The notes below the pieces were generated by a model. It saw only the letters and a program-made list of their open reading frames with translations. It was not told where the DNA came from and did not search any database. A stretch of 63,632 nt of DNA, filler included, from Psammoneis japonica (lineage: Eukaryota), in assembly GCA_008632985.1 (NCBI GenBank). It is 7 parts of 6 records of this genome, joined end to end, with 100 filler letters (N's around TTAATTAATTAA, not from the genome) between each part and the next. Parts side by side here need not be neighbours in the genome. Positions count along the whole stretch, not along the records: positions 1 to 21,989 come from QPGO01000018.1; 6 more parts are not named here. One strand, 5' to 3'. This document shows positions 1-12,900 of this stretch, piece after piece. How positions within the stretch are numbered: position 1 is the first letter of the stretch; every line of letters begins with the position of its first letter. Position numbers and translations under genes: made by a program.

Positions 1-10
1 ACTATTTACT

Positions 11-973
11 ATGTGCAACGAAAAGGGACAGGTTGGAGTTGCTTGTCTGACACCGACGTTGGAAGCAAAAGATTTTGCTCACGCAGCCGAGCAGTTCGCG
101 AGGCGAAAGAACGTGCGTCCAAAAATCCATTACAGCGACACTTGGCCGAATAAGTCATCGTTATGGAAGGTGTTATTTGGAGGTTACATAGTATGCCGTT
201 TGGGTCTCTTTCACTGGATGCACCGTATTGTACAGACACTTCGAAAGACCACGTCGACTATCATCAAGCAGTTCGGGACCTTCGAGCTACAGTTTCATAC
301 ACCGAGTGGTCGGACCGCCAAGCAGTAATACAAGCCCTCAAGGATGGAACTCTCAATGGCAAAAAGCACACGGATGCAGAAATAGATGAGATCATCCATT
401 CTTCCAGGTGGAAGCACTACTCAGAATACATGCGCATTTGGAGGCATCCGCTGGAAAAGAGAATCAGCTTGCTTGACGATTGGCACGCCCGATATAAGTG
501 TACGGCTTCTGATGGATCGCGACCCGCTGGGGGACGTCTTGATCCAAACAGTGGTTTGACACTCTTTACAAGTGATACAAAGGATGCCGTGGCAAATGGA
601 AGAGAAACATCCAAGGGATTGGACGTTCCAGTGCCAAAGTCAGAGCAGTACTGGCCAGTGGCTCCATCGCTCCGTTCAAGAGCGAAGCTGGTGAAGTGGC
701 GGACATTACTCGGGCCGGAGTCAAAGTTGGAAAAGGCTCATGATTCGCTGGCTCATTATGGGAACTGTGGGATGCGAGATTCATTGATGGATTTGATCAC
801 TCTGGAAGGTTTGGTTCTCTACAACGCTACAATTGAAGAAAAGGAACGCGTTGAACGAATGAATCCAGAGACTCGAGCAAAGATTCCATACGATTTTCGG
901 GGTGTGGTTACTCATCGGAACGTGCTCAATCTAATCGAAATCAACAAGCTAGCAACAAAGAAGGGGAAGAAAG
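11..973 (+). CDS. Partial, frameshifted transposase-like protein (DDE/DxxH-like, tentative); runs into an N gap
   Basis: ORF 11..328 (YSDTWP...RLGLFHWMHRI) joins ORF 163..1443 (DHVDYH...ESKLEKAHDSLAHYGN) through a 1-bp shift near 248. The motif spacing recalls the D..(D/G)xxH..E arrangement of eukaryotic DNA transposases. TpA content is normal. Confidence 0.3.
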
Positions 974-2949
974 CNNNNNNNNNNNNNNNNNNNNNNNNNN
1001 NNNNNNNNNNNNNNNNNNNNNNNNNNNNNNNNNNNNNNNNNNNNNNNNNNNNNNNNNNNNNNNNNNNNNNNNNNNNNNNNNNNNNNNNNNNNNNNNNNNN
1101 NNNNNNNNNNNNNNNNNNNNNNNNNNNNNNNNNNNCAAGCGAACAACAAGATCAGTTTGTTGGAAACGGCAACGATGGAGAAACTACAGCAGTGGCAAGC
1201 GTTCGACCGGCTAGTGGTTTTGTGGAAATTGTGGCGGCTCCTCAGGTGGGGGTTGAATCTATGTGTGTGAATGACACACCATTGCTTAACGCGGCTCACG
1301 TTCGAGTCGAGGAGCAGTTCAACATGTTGCAAGCCGTGAGAAGCGCCCTGTCACAACAAGTTGCCATTGCATCGAGCATGAGCGCATCCCTCCCATCTGT
1401 TCATATCAAGTGCAACCGGCTCTTTCAAATCTTAATGATCTGATACGGGATCAGAGGAAGCAAGACATTGATCCACACTGTTGTCCTGTCTTCCTACAAT
1501 ACAAGCTGCAGCAAAGCTACAGTGTGACGGGGTGCCGACCAAGAGGTCGACCAGCGCATTCTAAGGATTGCCCAAAGAGACAGCAGTCAAGGAGGTAGAT
1601 GTTATCATTACTAGGCATACTTTATGTATTACTACTTTTGTTGACATTCTCGTGAGATAGCTACTACTCGTAGAAGCGATCTAGCCTAGAGACGCACAGT
1701 AGTGTTTTCGAAACAGAGCTGAGTTTCCATGAGTTACGAATTCACTATTTTATTTCTTATCTACCACACTTCTATAACTATTGGTTGTTGTGTCCTCCAC
1801 ATACTTCATCACAATACCACACTCAAATGCCACCTTTCAAGGGCAGGTGAACCCTATCGCAACGGAGATTCGGGTCTGCGGCGGTTGAAGGCACTCCCGT
1901 CCTTGGAAGCACCAGTCAACGCCTCACCGGGGGGCAACCCCTTGGCTCTCGTTGGCCGTCTCAATGTTCAGAGGTGGGGCCACATGAACATTATTGCAGA
2001 AAAAAAATTACCGAGGCGCTGCTGCAGTCAGCAACCTCGGCAGTAGCCCGTGTTATTTAAAGACGAGGGCAACCTCGTCTGCCGCTTATACACGGACTTT
2101 TCCAAAAGTGGTAGATTGTAGATTACCAGCCAAAACAAACCACACCCACAACCAACATGTGACATCCATTCCATCATATCCCGGTCAACAGCGCTTGTGG
2201 TACCGCCGCACTCAGCAATTCCAATGAACCCTGAAAAGCCACCACTCCAACAACTTCTAAAGCCTCGTCAACGAAGGGTGAACACTCGGCTGAAGCCAAA
2301 AAGGCAACAATACAAAGCATCAGCATGAGAGACGCCATGAATGATCAATGCTTAAAGGAGGGCTCTTCAATCTGTCAAGAACGAACAGAAATTGCAACGC
2401 AAGAGCGGTGAGAGACGAGTTCAAAAAATGGAAAAAGTACCAAGCATTTCTTATCCATTTTTCACGTTTTTCATACATCTCTTTTCGTATATTCATTCAT
2501 CAGAGAGAGTTTTAATGCGTGCTTTGTTGTCACAACAGTGTCACAAGTGACGGCGACAATTTCGACTACCGGCTCTTGCAGCTCTCATGGTCGATTTTTT
2601 GTGTGGTGTCGGAGGGAAACTCCTGAATTGCGTAGATTTCTACGTAAAATTCATACTAGAGATACTTCAACACTACAATGTCTCGATCTGTGTCACCACA
2701 CCAAATTACTTCAACATGGGAGCACCCGGAGATCTGACACATCGGGTGGTGAAACGGGAGAAAGAATTGACGATGGCTCTTCAAACCACTTCTGCCTTTT
2801 AGATCAAGCTCGCTGCCCTCGCAACCCCTTCCTCTCTCCTTCCTTTCTCTCCTCCTCCTCCTTCTTTCTCCTCTCCCTCCCCCCTCTCTTGGAGTCACTG
2901 ACCCCCCCAAAATCGCAGCTAGAGCAGCAGCGCCCTCTCGCTGCTGCAG

Positions 2950-4040
2950 GTGCGGCATGGTTCGCCTTTGTCAAACACAATTGAAATTCCCGTTATTGAC
3001 GAGTCGCCGTCAAACCAGACTGGCGCTTCAGCCAACGGAACTCCGTCCTCCACTTCTTCATCGCATCCCTCCACGGGCACGACCTTGTCGACTCCGTCCG
3101 CGAATGCGACTGACAAGACTGCGTCGTCTTCGTCATCGCTCTCCGTTGCCTCATCGGATCTGATGGCTCGTCCTTGTGCCAACAAGCACGCATGGGAAGG
3201 AAGGGGCGGTGGCACTGGAAACGTGTTGACCATTACGAGGGGCGGAATTGCGACGCAGGCCATCATGTCACAGCCCGCCGTGGAAGGACCAATCGTGGAC
3301 TCCCTGAACCGGTTCGATTCCATGTCTTGTGAGAGCAGATCGCGTCCTTGCCATTTTGTCTCGTTGATGAAGAATTGACGCTGGAAGAGTTCCACGCTCA
3401 ATGTGATGCTCTAGAAGGTGCCGGGTGCTCTCGCTGTGAGTTTCGAGACGGTGGAGCGTGGATTTACGAGCTGTCACATGCTGCACATGATCGCGCTGCG
3501 GGAGAAGTTGTTCTTGAGCTTGTCAGGCAAATGCGCGATCGTAGTGACAATGATTCCAACTGGTCCTATGAGCCGGATGGATTGCTGACAATTCTCGGTT
3601 TTCGCCCAGGACCCAACCATGTTGATGCTGCCGACAGCTCAGGAAACCGATGGCCGAATCTCATTGTTGAAGTTGCGCATCAGGAGACAGAAACGCACCT
3701 TCGTGGCAAGGCGTTGGCTTGGTTGAATGCAGCTGCTGACCCGAACCATGACATTCAACAGGTGCTTGCCATCAAGACAGGATCGACGATGCGTGGAGAT
3801 GGCCACAGGACAATGAAAGCTTGGCGCTGTGAGCGTGGCACAAATGAAAACCCCGTGCAGGAAATTGAGTTTGGAAACCACGGTCCGAACAACGGGGCCA
3901 CTCATCCTGGATCTCCCGGGATGCAGCTCCACATCCCCATTAGGTCTTTGTACCTCCCGCTTCCCCCGCCTGATGAATTGGGCGAAGCACTGGATCTTGA
4001 TTTATTCTACATTCGAAAAGTGATCGAGGAAGCATTTTAG
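2950..4040 (+). CDS. Uma2/DUF820-like PD-(D/E)xK endonuclease-fold protein (Crinkler-effector-like C-terminus) with a Ser/Thr-rich N-terminal part; probably degenerate
   Basis: IYELSHAAHD...EPDG...WPNLIVEVAHQE...KALAWL...QQVLAIK matches the Uma2-type pattern. A probable frameshift near 3355 links ORF 2950..3378 to ORF 3348..4040. The start is uncertain. Confidence 0.55.
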
Positions 4041-4752
4041 ATGGGAGTTTCTAATCTCTTGCTTTTGTCCCGGTGCCGGTTACCTCTTCCGAGCTTTTCT
4101 GTTCTCGGACTGACAAGAACATCATTGTATGTACATTTCATCCTTCGTTGACATGGCTTTCTCATCACCGTAGCCCTGTCTCTCGCTTCTATCTATGATG
4201 TGTGTATAAGATTCCGGTAGCAGAATAGCGTGTCCCTCTCTCTTGTATTTCTTGTATTAGCCATATGGCACCGAGTAAGCTATAATCCAATCATCGTCAT
4301 TACTTGAAATGACCCTAAAGGAGGCATCTGGTTTAGCAATGAAATGCGCACTTTCCTCGTTGCCATTGTTGGGGTTGGTTGGGCAGTTTACTTTCTTACT
4401 TTAGTTAGTTCGTCGGTGGACTTCCCAATTATCTAGGTCGATGAGAAGCGAGTTGTGCTTGGGTTTTATTCATGTCCTGTTGCGACCAGGATAAGAGGGA
4501 CGTGCAGGATTTGACTGTGCTACGCGCTACTATCAGTTCTACTAGATGACCAATGACGAGAAACCCACTTCGGCGCGTTCTGGGATCATGGCAGTAACGA
4601 GGCTTCCTGGTGTTTCTGGAAAAACGAATCATGACTCTCAATTGCATACGTTGTATGGATGCAACAAATTATTATGGATTATGGGTACTACTCGCAACCT
4701 ACCTTGTCTTCTACTCTATTTCATAATCTGCGCTTTAGAAATGAAAATATAG

Positions 4753-6619
4753 TTACATAGGCATAAAAGCAACGCCTCCCGCAATTGCTAGAAAAACAAG
4801 AGGAGCAGTAGCTGTATTGGAAGAGCTTTCCCCGCCGACAGGTTTGGCCAGTGGTCCGACGGAGCTAGTGGGAGTGACGTCGAGACACGCACAACAGGCG
4901 TCCAAAGCTGTTTTACCGCCACTCTCGTATCCGTTCCCAAAATCAGCACATCGATTAGTAGCCAATTCGTACCAATCACATCCGTCGCCATCAGAATCAA
5001 CCCAGCCAGGAGGTTCGTCTTGACACGACTTGAGCCCCCCTCCGCATTCGCAGCAGGCGTCTGGTTAACAATTCAAGATAAGTTTTGAATACTTCAGAAG
5101 TAAGAATCCAATTCGTTGACGACAATTACGAACAGGCCCATATGATTACCCACCATTGGCTACCAACAGGGTCACGGGGTTGGGAGAGAAACTGCCAAAT
5201 GCCCAGCAACGCCTCCTACTGGCCTCATACCAGTCACAGCCATTTCCACTGGAATCTTGCCAATCAGGCGGATCGTCCACGCACTCTCCATTGATTGATG
5301 TTGGACGCACTGTCGAAGGTTGTGTCGTTACAGAACCATCCTCATTGAGCAATTGAAAGGCAAGATCTGCGCGGACAAGACCAAATCCAAACGATCGTCG
5401 CGACCGATGGGGCCCAAATCCTCTGCACTAGCAGTAAGCGCTGCGCGAATCTCCTGAGCCGACTTATCAGGAAAGTGGCTCCATACCAATGCAGCCACTC
5501 CAGACACGTGTGGCGAGGCCATTGAAGTACCGTCCATCTGAGAATAGGAATTGAACGGTAGTGTAGACGGAACGCCGACACCAGGGCAGCTAGTTCCACC
5601 TGATTATGGAAATTAGAAAAGCTGGCTCGGTTCCTATTTCCATCAATAGCTGCAACGCTTATGACAGCGTCATAGTTTGAAGGATAGTGATCTTGTGATG
5701 TATTCTCGTTTCCTGCTGCTGCAACAATCAGGAGTCCGTCGTCTTCGTGTAACTGTCTGTAACTGTCCCTCTCAAAGAGTAAGGGCCTGCCTATCCTTCC
5801 CAAACTCAAGTTTACAATATTGGCTCCCGCATCAGCACACCGTTGGACTTCTCCAACCAAGCTGCTTGCCCAAAACTCGCCGACGTCGTCAAAGGCACGT
5901 ATAATGTGAATTTTGAGAGCTCCGTTGCGACTTATTCCAGTTACACCCCGGTTGTTGCCTCCTAATGCCGCAATCGTGCCTGCAACATGCGTTCCCTGCA
6001 GAGCCAACAACGATCCACAGAAATGAGAAAAACAGATTTCATTCGTCGCACAATTATCCTACGAGTCCATGTCTAAATGAGCAAAACTTACATGCCCAAA
6101 CCCATCCTGAGACCAAGGTCCTGCACCGATGTCTCCTGATCCTGTCACAACGGATGAATCTGACGGTAAATCTTCATGACCTAAATCATATCCACTGTCA
6201 ATAATACAAACTTTGCGGTTCCCCACGTTGGAATCGTCCACATCAAGAGCCCGAACCATATTGACGCCAAAAGGTACAGTCTCTCTGTTGGCCTGGGGCA
6301 TAACTTGCAACGGATCACCGGGCAAAAAGAGAGTCACGGGTTGATCAATTTCCAAATAATCGACTAGGGGTAATTCTGCAACCAGCCCTGCCAACTCGTC
6401 ATCCATCATGTAAACTGCGAGACTTAATCCCGAGATTTCTTCAATGAATTCAAAGGTTGCAGAAACAGTCGTTGCCAGTGTTGTCAATGCATTTTCAAAG
6501 TTATCAGGAATACCAGTGTCCAGGAACTTAATGACGTAACGGTTGCTGATCTGGGCAACGGCAACAATAGCATTTAAAAGCAGCAAGGCTACTGAAAGAA
6601 AGCGAGTCGTAAATAGCAT
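4753..6619 (-). CDS. Secreted subtilisin-like serine protease (peptidase S8) with Cys-rich C-terminal repeats and a hydrophobic tail
   Basis: Signal peptide MLFTTRFLSVALLLLNAIVAVA. Catalytic motifs IIDSG, HGTHVAG (split by GT-AG intron 6091-5996) and DGTSMASPHVSG. Two CxDxPPxWxDSxGxGCDWY repeats. Several 1-bp frameshifts (about 5583 and 5390). Confidence 0.9.
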
Positions 6620-7242
6620 TTCAATAAAATAATGGGTGTCGCGAGTCGCGAGAATTTCTCTTGTGTGCGACAGTATTTCTGTGTGGTTGAAAAACGCGAA
6701 CCCGACTGAGATACGCGGCACCGAAAGCATAGGAACACTGAATATATGAAACCATTGCCATGGCATATTTGTTGAGCCCTTTGTTCAGCTAAGCAAAGAA
6801 ACAGTCAACCAGACACCAGATTTCAACAAAAGTGCCGTCTCACACCTGCACAACGTGAAGCTGCAGTCAGCATCATTTTGATTTATGCGTTTCAAATGCT
6901 TTCATGTGACGCCATTCATGAGTCATCGCCACGACATTATACCTCAGCACGAGAGCCCTTATCCGCGGACGCTGCGTAAACATTCTTCGCGTCCAGAGCT
7001 ACAAAACAGCACTCCCCGTTGCCGCTCATTCGTCATGGTGGATTCAATTATTCGGCTTCGCGATCCGGTCTACAGACAGACAGAACGTCGTACGGACAGT
7101 CTTATGCGGTGAAACCTGTAGAAGTTGTACCAGCCATTTTTACGTAAATATCACGTAGACGCGCCGTACTCATGTGAAATCATGTCGTGGAACTTCAACA
7201 ACGAATCATCTCACGCTCACATTTTCGCACATTTGCCACACC

Positions 7243-8632
7243 ATGACGTCAAGAACAGCCCGATGCGACGTTGTGAAGGCAGCCATTGTAGCTGTGCTTC
7301 TTGCGATACCATCATTAAATCATGTAAATGGTTTACGGCTCAAACTTTTACAGGATCTCCCACAAGTACCACCCGTCGAGACCACAAAATCCGTTCTCGT
7401 CAATCTTCCTCGCAATTGTTTCTTCTGACGGATGAGTCAGTGTCTGTGCAAGACGAGTTGAAAATCATTGGAAATCGTTTATTGGATGAAGCAAAAGAAG
7501 TATCAGAATGCATATCACTGGCGACAGAAGCTCTCTTTATGACAAATGATGCGGTCGAGTCTGTCGATATTGTCAAGCTATGCGACGAGATTGATGCGTG
7601 GGAAAAGAATCCCGATTTGGTAGTCTCGGATGTGTTGGAATTGCGAAAAGCAGCACTAAAATTTAAGCGTTATGAAATGCTGAGCAAACTCATGCAAAGT
7701 GATTACCAAGGATACATTGCAACCGCATCGTTTCTGAGTCCCAGTCGCATTCCGAGAATGGACCTTCCCAACGTGCAGGACGTGCCGTACGACAAGGACG
7801 CCGAGCCGATTGTCTCCGTGACGGGTGAAGATGGCGAAGAACTTGTTCCGGACTGCTCTCTCGATGACCTGAAATACAAGGACAATATCTTGGACAAGAC
7901 TCTCTTGTCTGTCTTTCGAAAGTTGGTGGAACAAAACACGGGTGGCGTCTCGAGTCCCAAAGAGGGAATTGAAGGATTGCTCGAGCAGGGCAGAACCTTC
8001 ATGCTTCAACCGGACCAAACACCGGAAGCACAGCACAAAATGGTATACGATACGCTCGGGGGTCTCATGACACCCGTGTTGCCCCCCTTTTACCGCATTT
8101 TCATGTCGGGCATTGTGCCCAAATTAGGGACTGATTTGGATGGCAAACAAATTGGTCCGTGGTTTTACGCTCCCTTTTTGACATCCTTTGTGACTCCCAC
8201 ATTTTTTGGATTCCTCGTTGGACCGTCCAAACCCAATCGACGAAAGGATGGCAAGCTCGGAGGACTTGTTGTGGAGAAATGCAAGTTTTTGCAAGAAAGT
8301 GGTTGCAAAGGTCTCTGCCTCAATCAATGCAAGCTACCGGCTCAGCAATTCTTTCAGGAGGAGCTCGGATTGCCACTTACCGTATCGCCCAACTTTGTGA
8401 CACAAGAATGCCAATGGAGCTTTGGCGAGGTGAGTACAACATACACTGTAGTTACAATTCTGAATCTGTCTTTTTCATGACGTACGCACAATTCTCACCC
8501 ACATTCGTATCGTCTCATACGTAGGTTCCGCTACCTCCAGAAGAAGATCCATCCTTTCCTTCTGGATGTTTCGTTGGTTGCGAATCTCGAAAACAAGTTG
8601 CGCCCGGTACAAGGGCAAATCTTTGCAACTAA
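7243..8632 (+). CDS. D27: Beta-carotene isomerase D27-like protein, probably plastid-targeted
   Basis: Contains VVEKCKFLQESGCKGLCLNQCKLPAQQFFQEELGLPLTVSPNFVTQECQWSFG, then intron 8430-8524 and a last exon ending in TAA at 8632. The signal peptide ...LNHVNG-FT is restored by one missing T near 7333. Confidence 0.85.
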
Positions 8633-8664
8633 CTTATTCTCTCTACATAATGCTACTACTACTT

Positions 8665-9591
8665 TTATGCTTTGGAATAGGTTACCTTTCCTCTCTTTCG
8701 GCGTTTGCCTGCCGGAGCTCGTGCCACCACAATGCTGCTTGGACGGCGTTTTGGTTCTGTCGTAGCAGTAGCTTCGTTTTGTTTTACCTTTGTTGTGACT
8801 TTGGTAGATAACTTGTCGACTGCGTTTGTGTTTGGTTCGTTCGCTTCTTTGTTTACTACAGGCATCTCTTCTTGCTTGACTCTTGCTATAGACGCTGCAC
8901 TCCGCCATTTCTCAAAGGCACTCGTCACTGCATCAGCAGATTCCTCCCGTGTTGTCTCTATGGATTCTTGAGATGGACTGGAAGGTGATGGAACGACAAG
9001 ATTGTTCAACACCATGTCCATGGCATTGGCATCGAGCTCGCACACCGTATCCACCTCTATTTGCAAATCTCCCGCTTCCCCCAAATCCTCGTAAAAGAGT
9101 GGTATCGTTGCCAATTTGTTGTTGGAATCTAACAGCACGTTTGACGTGTTCGATTCGTCCATCATTGCCTTTGCCATACATTGCGCCATGGCTTGAGGAT
9201 TGGTGGAATCTAAATCAATGCTAATAGCGTGTGCGTGTTGCTTTATAATTTTCATGTTGAGCGGCATACCCCTCATGTAGCGACACGTCTTTTTGTTGTC
9301 GGATAGAATCAAGGACCCAAATCGAATTTTTGTATAAGGATTGTCTTGTGTGATGGAAAAATCAAAGGATACATCGATAAAGAGCGTCTTGTTGTTGGAC
9401 TGCTCCTGCATCATCATTGCGTGATCAGCAGGATGGATCGGCGTTCTCCAATACAATCGAAACGACGAAGAATCATCGTCAGTTGCCTTTTCGATATCAT
9501 CAAGTACTTTGGAACTTCCCAACAATTGCGATGCAAGATGAATTGCAAACACATCCAGAAACAGCGGTGTCGTCGTCGTTGTGGACGTCAT
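8665..9591 (-). CDS. Hypothetical protein (308 aa) with a basic NLS-like C-terminus
   Basis: Clean ATG-to-stop ORF ending in KRRKRGKVTYSKA. It lies head-to-head with SCC2. Confidence 0.65.
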   Translation of the reverse strand: MTSTTTTTPLFLDVFAIHLASQLLGSSKVLDDIEKATDDDSSSFRLYWRTPIHPADHAMMMQEQSNNKTLFIDVSFDFSITQDNPYTKIRFGSLILSDNKKTCRYMRGMPLNMKIIKQHAHAISIDLDSTNPQAMAQCMAKAMMDESNTSNVLLDSNNKLATIPLFYEDLGEAGDLQIEVDTVCELDANAMDMVLNNLVVPSPSSPSQESIETTREESADAVTSAFEKWRSAASIARVKQEEMPVVNKEANEPNTNAVDKLSTKVTTKVKQNEATATTEPKRRPSSIVVARAPAGKRRKRGKVTYSKA

Positions 9592-9910
9592 GGTCGATCT
9601 TTTTCGTATTTTTTAGCAAATTTGAGCGCAAAAAGCAAAAAGTGCAGGCGTGCGACGGCTGGACCGCGATTTGCTTCTTTGGCGCTAAAATCTTATCAAA
9701 TAAACCATAATGACTGAATATGTTCATTCGGTATGATATTGCCCAAAACGAGCTCGTGCGATCTTGCGCTCGCCGAGCGCGCGCGGGCAAAGTCGGACAC
9801 ACATAAAAGCAAAGCTCACTTCTTCTCCGTCGCTCGCTTGTGTTGTTGCTGTCAACACAGTTGCAAATCAAACACACTCTTCGATACAACTACTCTCGGT
9901 AATAGCAACC
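9592..9910. promoter_or_regulatory. Probable bidirectional promoter
   Basis: About 320 bp between the divergent ATGs at 9591 (-) and 9911 (+). Confidence 0.4.
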
Positions 9911-12900
9911 ATGGAGGTCGATGATTCTCAAGACGACGACGTTTCCATGTCTCAAGAAGAAGCAAACGATCCGTTTACAGAGACGGTGGAAAGCATTCTG
10001 NNNNNNNNNNNNNNNNNNNNNNNNNNNNNNNNNNNNNNNNNNNNNNNNNNNNNNNNNNNNNNNNNNNNNNNNNNNNNNNNNNNNNNNNNNNNNNNNNNNN
10101 NNNNNNNNNNNNNNNNNNNNNNNNNNNNNNNNNNNNNNNNNNNNNNNNNNNNNNNNNNNNNNNNNNNNNNNNNNNNNNNNNNNNNNNNNNNNNNNNNNNN
10201 NNNNNNNNNNNNNNNNNNNNNNNNNNNNNNNNNNNNNNNNNNNNNNNNNNNNNNNNNNNNNNNNNNNNNNNNNNNNNNNNNNNNNNNNNNNNNNNNNNNN
10301 NNNNNNNNNNNNNNNNNNNNNNNNNNNNNNNNNNNNNNNNNNNNNNNNNNNNNNNNNNNNNNNNNNNNNNNNNNNNNNNNNNNNNNNNNNNNNNNNNNNN
10401 NNNNNNNNNNNNNNNNNNNNNNNNNNNNNNNNNNNNNNNNNNNNNNNNNNNNNNNNNNNNNNNNNNNNNNNNNNNNNNNNNNNNNNNNNNNNNNNNNNNN
10501 NNNNNNNNNNNNNNNNNNNNNNNNNNNNNNNNNNNNNNNNNNNNNNNNNNNNNNNNNNNNNNNNNNNNNNNNNNNNNNNNNNNNNNNNNNNNNNNNNNNN
10601 NNNNNNNNNNNNNNNNNNNNNNNNNNNNNNNNNNNNNNNNNNNNNNNNNNNNNNNNNNNNNNNNNNNNNCTACTACTACTTTACTGCCGCCGCGCCGGTT
10701 GGGAAAAAGCCAAAACGAAAAAAGGCATCATGTGACAAGCAAACCATTGCCACTCTCAAAAAGGTGTACAAGCCCATTTCCTCCAAGACCGTCGGTGCAC
10801 TCGTGCTACTCATGGAACGCATGGAAAGTCTGGTACGAAACGTTGCCATGGACGATCGTCCCGTCTTGACGCTGTGTTCGGCCGTCTTGGCATCGTTTGA
10901 AATGGATCCAACGCATGAATACGCTTCCTCGTGTCGGCTCGTCCAAGCCGCATCGATTGAATTGCTCACGTCTGTCTTTTCACGGTATTCGCGACACCGG
11001 GCCGTAATCATGGAGGACTTGTTTCCTCTCATGCTCAAGCTTCCTACATCCAAACGATCCATGAGGACCATTGCCGTCAAGACGGTAGCCGACGACGACA
11101 AAAAGAAGGACAGAGAAGAGCAACAACAACAACGCTTTGTACAAGTTTTTTCGATTCTCCTCGTATCACTCGTCCAAGCCTGTGTCGTCATGCCAACCGT
11201 CGAGATTACCAATGACCCTACTCAAAGTGATCGAGCTGCGAAAAAGGCTCCTCCTCCCAAACTCACGATTGGTTTACAACCATGTCAACACATCAGTCGA
11301 CTCTTTGCGTCGAGTCTCTTGCAACGATGCTCGCGCAAGGGCAATGACGGTGGCGCGTCCGAATTTCGTCCCGTTGTTTCCAATTTGGTGGAGGATTTGC
11401 TCGTATTGCACGTATCGCCCGAATATCCCGCATCCGATTTGTTGTTGCTGAGTTTGTGTGACTTGATGAGTCGAGATTTACTCAAGGCTGCTGCGTCTGC
11501 TACAAGCAAAAATCACGCGGAACCCACCTATCTTGCCACCGCGTTGGATACGCTCGGCAAGGCCTGTGCCAGTATGGCACGGCGTTTGGCACAACACAAG
11601 GAACATCCACTCATGTTATCCACTACTACAAATCATGATACTGATGACGACATTGATGATGCCAATAAGGAATACCATCGCTGTTATTGTGGTCAAGCGG
11701 AGAGACCCGACGTGGCACAAGTTGATTGTGATTCCTGTCACGGATGGTTCCATTGTAGTTGTGTTGGTATACATCAAGATCATGTCCCCAAAACGTGGGT
11801 TTGTGACAATTGCAAATTAGAAGCCGTCGTGGTGGAACAAACGCGAGCCTTTGCCGCCAAGAACTCTACTAGTAGCCGTCGACGTGCGTCTCGTGACGAG
11901 GAGGAAGAAGAAGTGGATGAAGGACAAGTCTTTCGACAATTGCTTCTCAATCACTTGACCATACTCGCAAAGCACACCAAGTCTCAATCCATTGCAAGTT
12001 CACGACATTGTCATATTTCCAAATGGGCCAACGAACTGGATGACTTACGACGATCATCGAACGATGGCTCTGTGGATTATGGTTTGCAGTGTCATTACTT
12101 TTTGTCTCAATGGGACTCGACGACATCCTCCAAGCCCTTGGCGTCGCTGTCGGACGAGGGCAATTCGCGACTCATGCTAAACCTCTTGGCGACCTCGTCC
12201 AACATGGCTGTGGCCTTTCCCCGCATGCTGGGTGTCATGGTCAATCTCATGGTGTCCCCGCTCGTGTCGTTGCGTAAACTATCCGTCAAGGCTATTTCCA
12301 TGGTGCGTAATATTTGTGGTCGAGTTGTGATATTGTTTTTTATACTATCTTGTCGGTTACTCACTTGTTACCTTCAATATCAACATACGCACAATACACA
12401 GGTCATTGATGCGGACCCGAGTATTATGCTGCAGTCGGCGTTGCGGGATGCCGTGGCGAAACGATTTGTCGACGACGCCACGTCGGTACGGGAAGCCGTG
12501 ATATCGTTGGTGGGATCCTACATTTTACACACACCGGCACTGGCCAATGCCTTTCATTCGCCATTGCTGTCGAGTCTAAGCGATCCCGGTGTGTCGGTTC
12601 GAAAGCGAGCCGTCAAGATTTATTGCAACGTGTTGCAATCGAATCCGTCCTACAAGGGAAGAGCGGTAGCGTGTGCCGTCATGTTGCAGCGAGCAGCCGA
12701 TCCCAAGGAAGACGACACGGTCCGAGATTTGATTCATGAGTTGTTTCACAAGCTGTGGTTGGAGGATGGTGAAGAACCTGTTGTTCCAGTCAAGAAGGAA
12801 GAACCAGAAGCCCAGGCAGCTCCCAATACCACGTACGCCGACCCACCAGAAGCCGAGACGGAGTCAAATGTTGTGGCTGCACCCGGAGTAGGCGTCGTTA

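Noticed and set aside
2820..2890. Polypyrimidine (CT-rich) tract
   Set aside because: Ordinary low-complexity sequence with no evidence of function.
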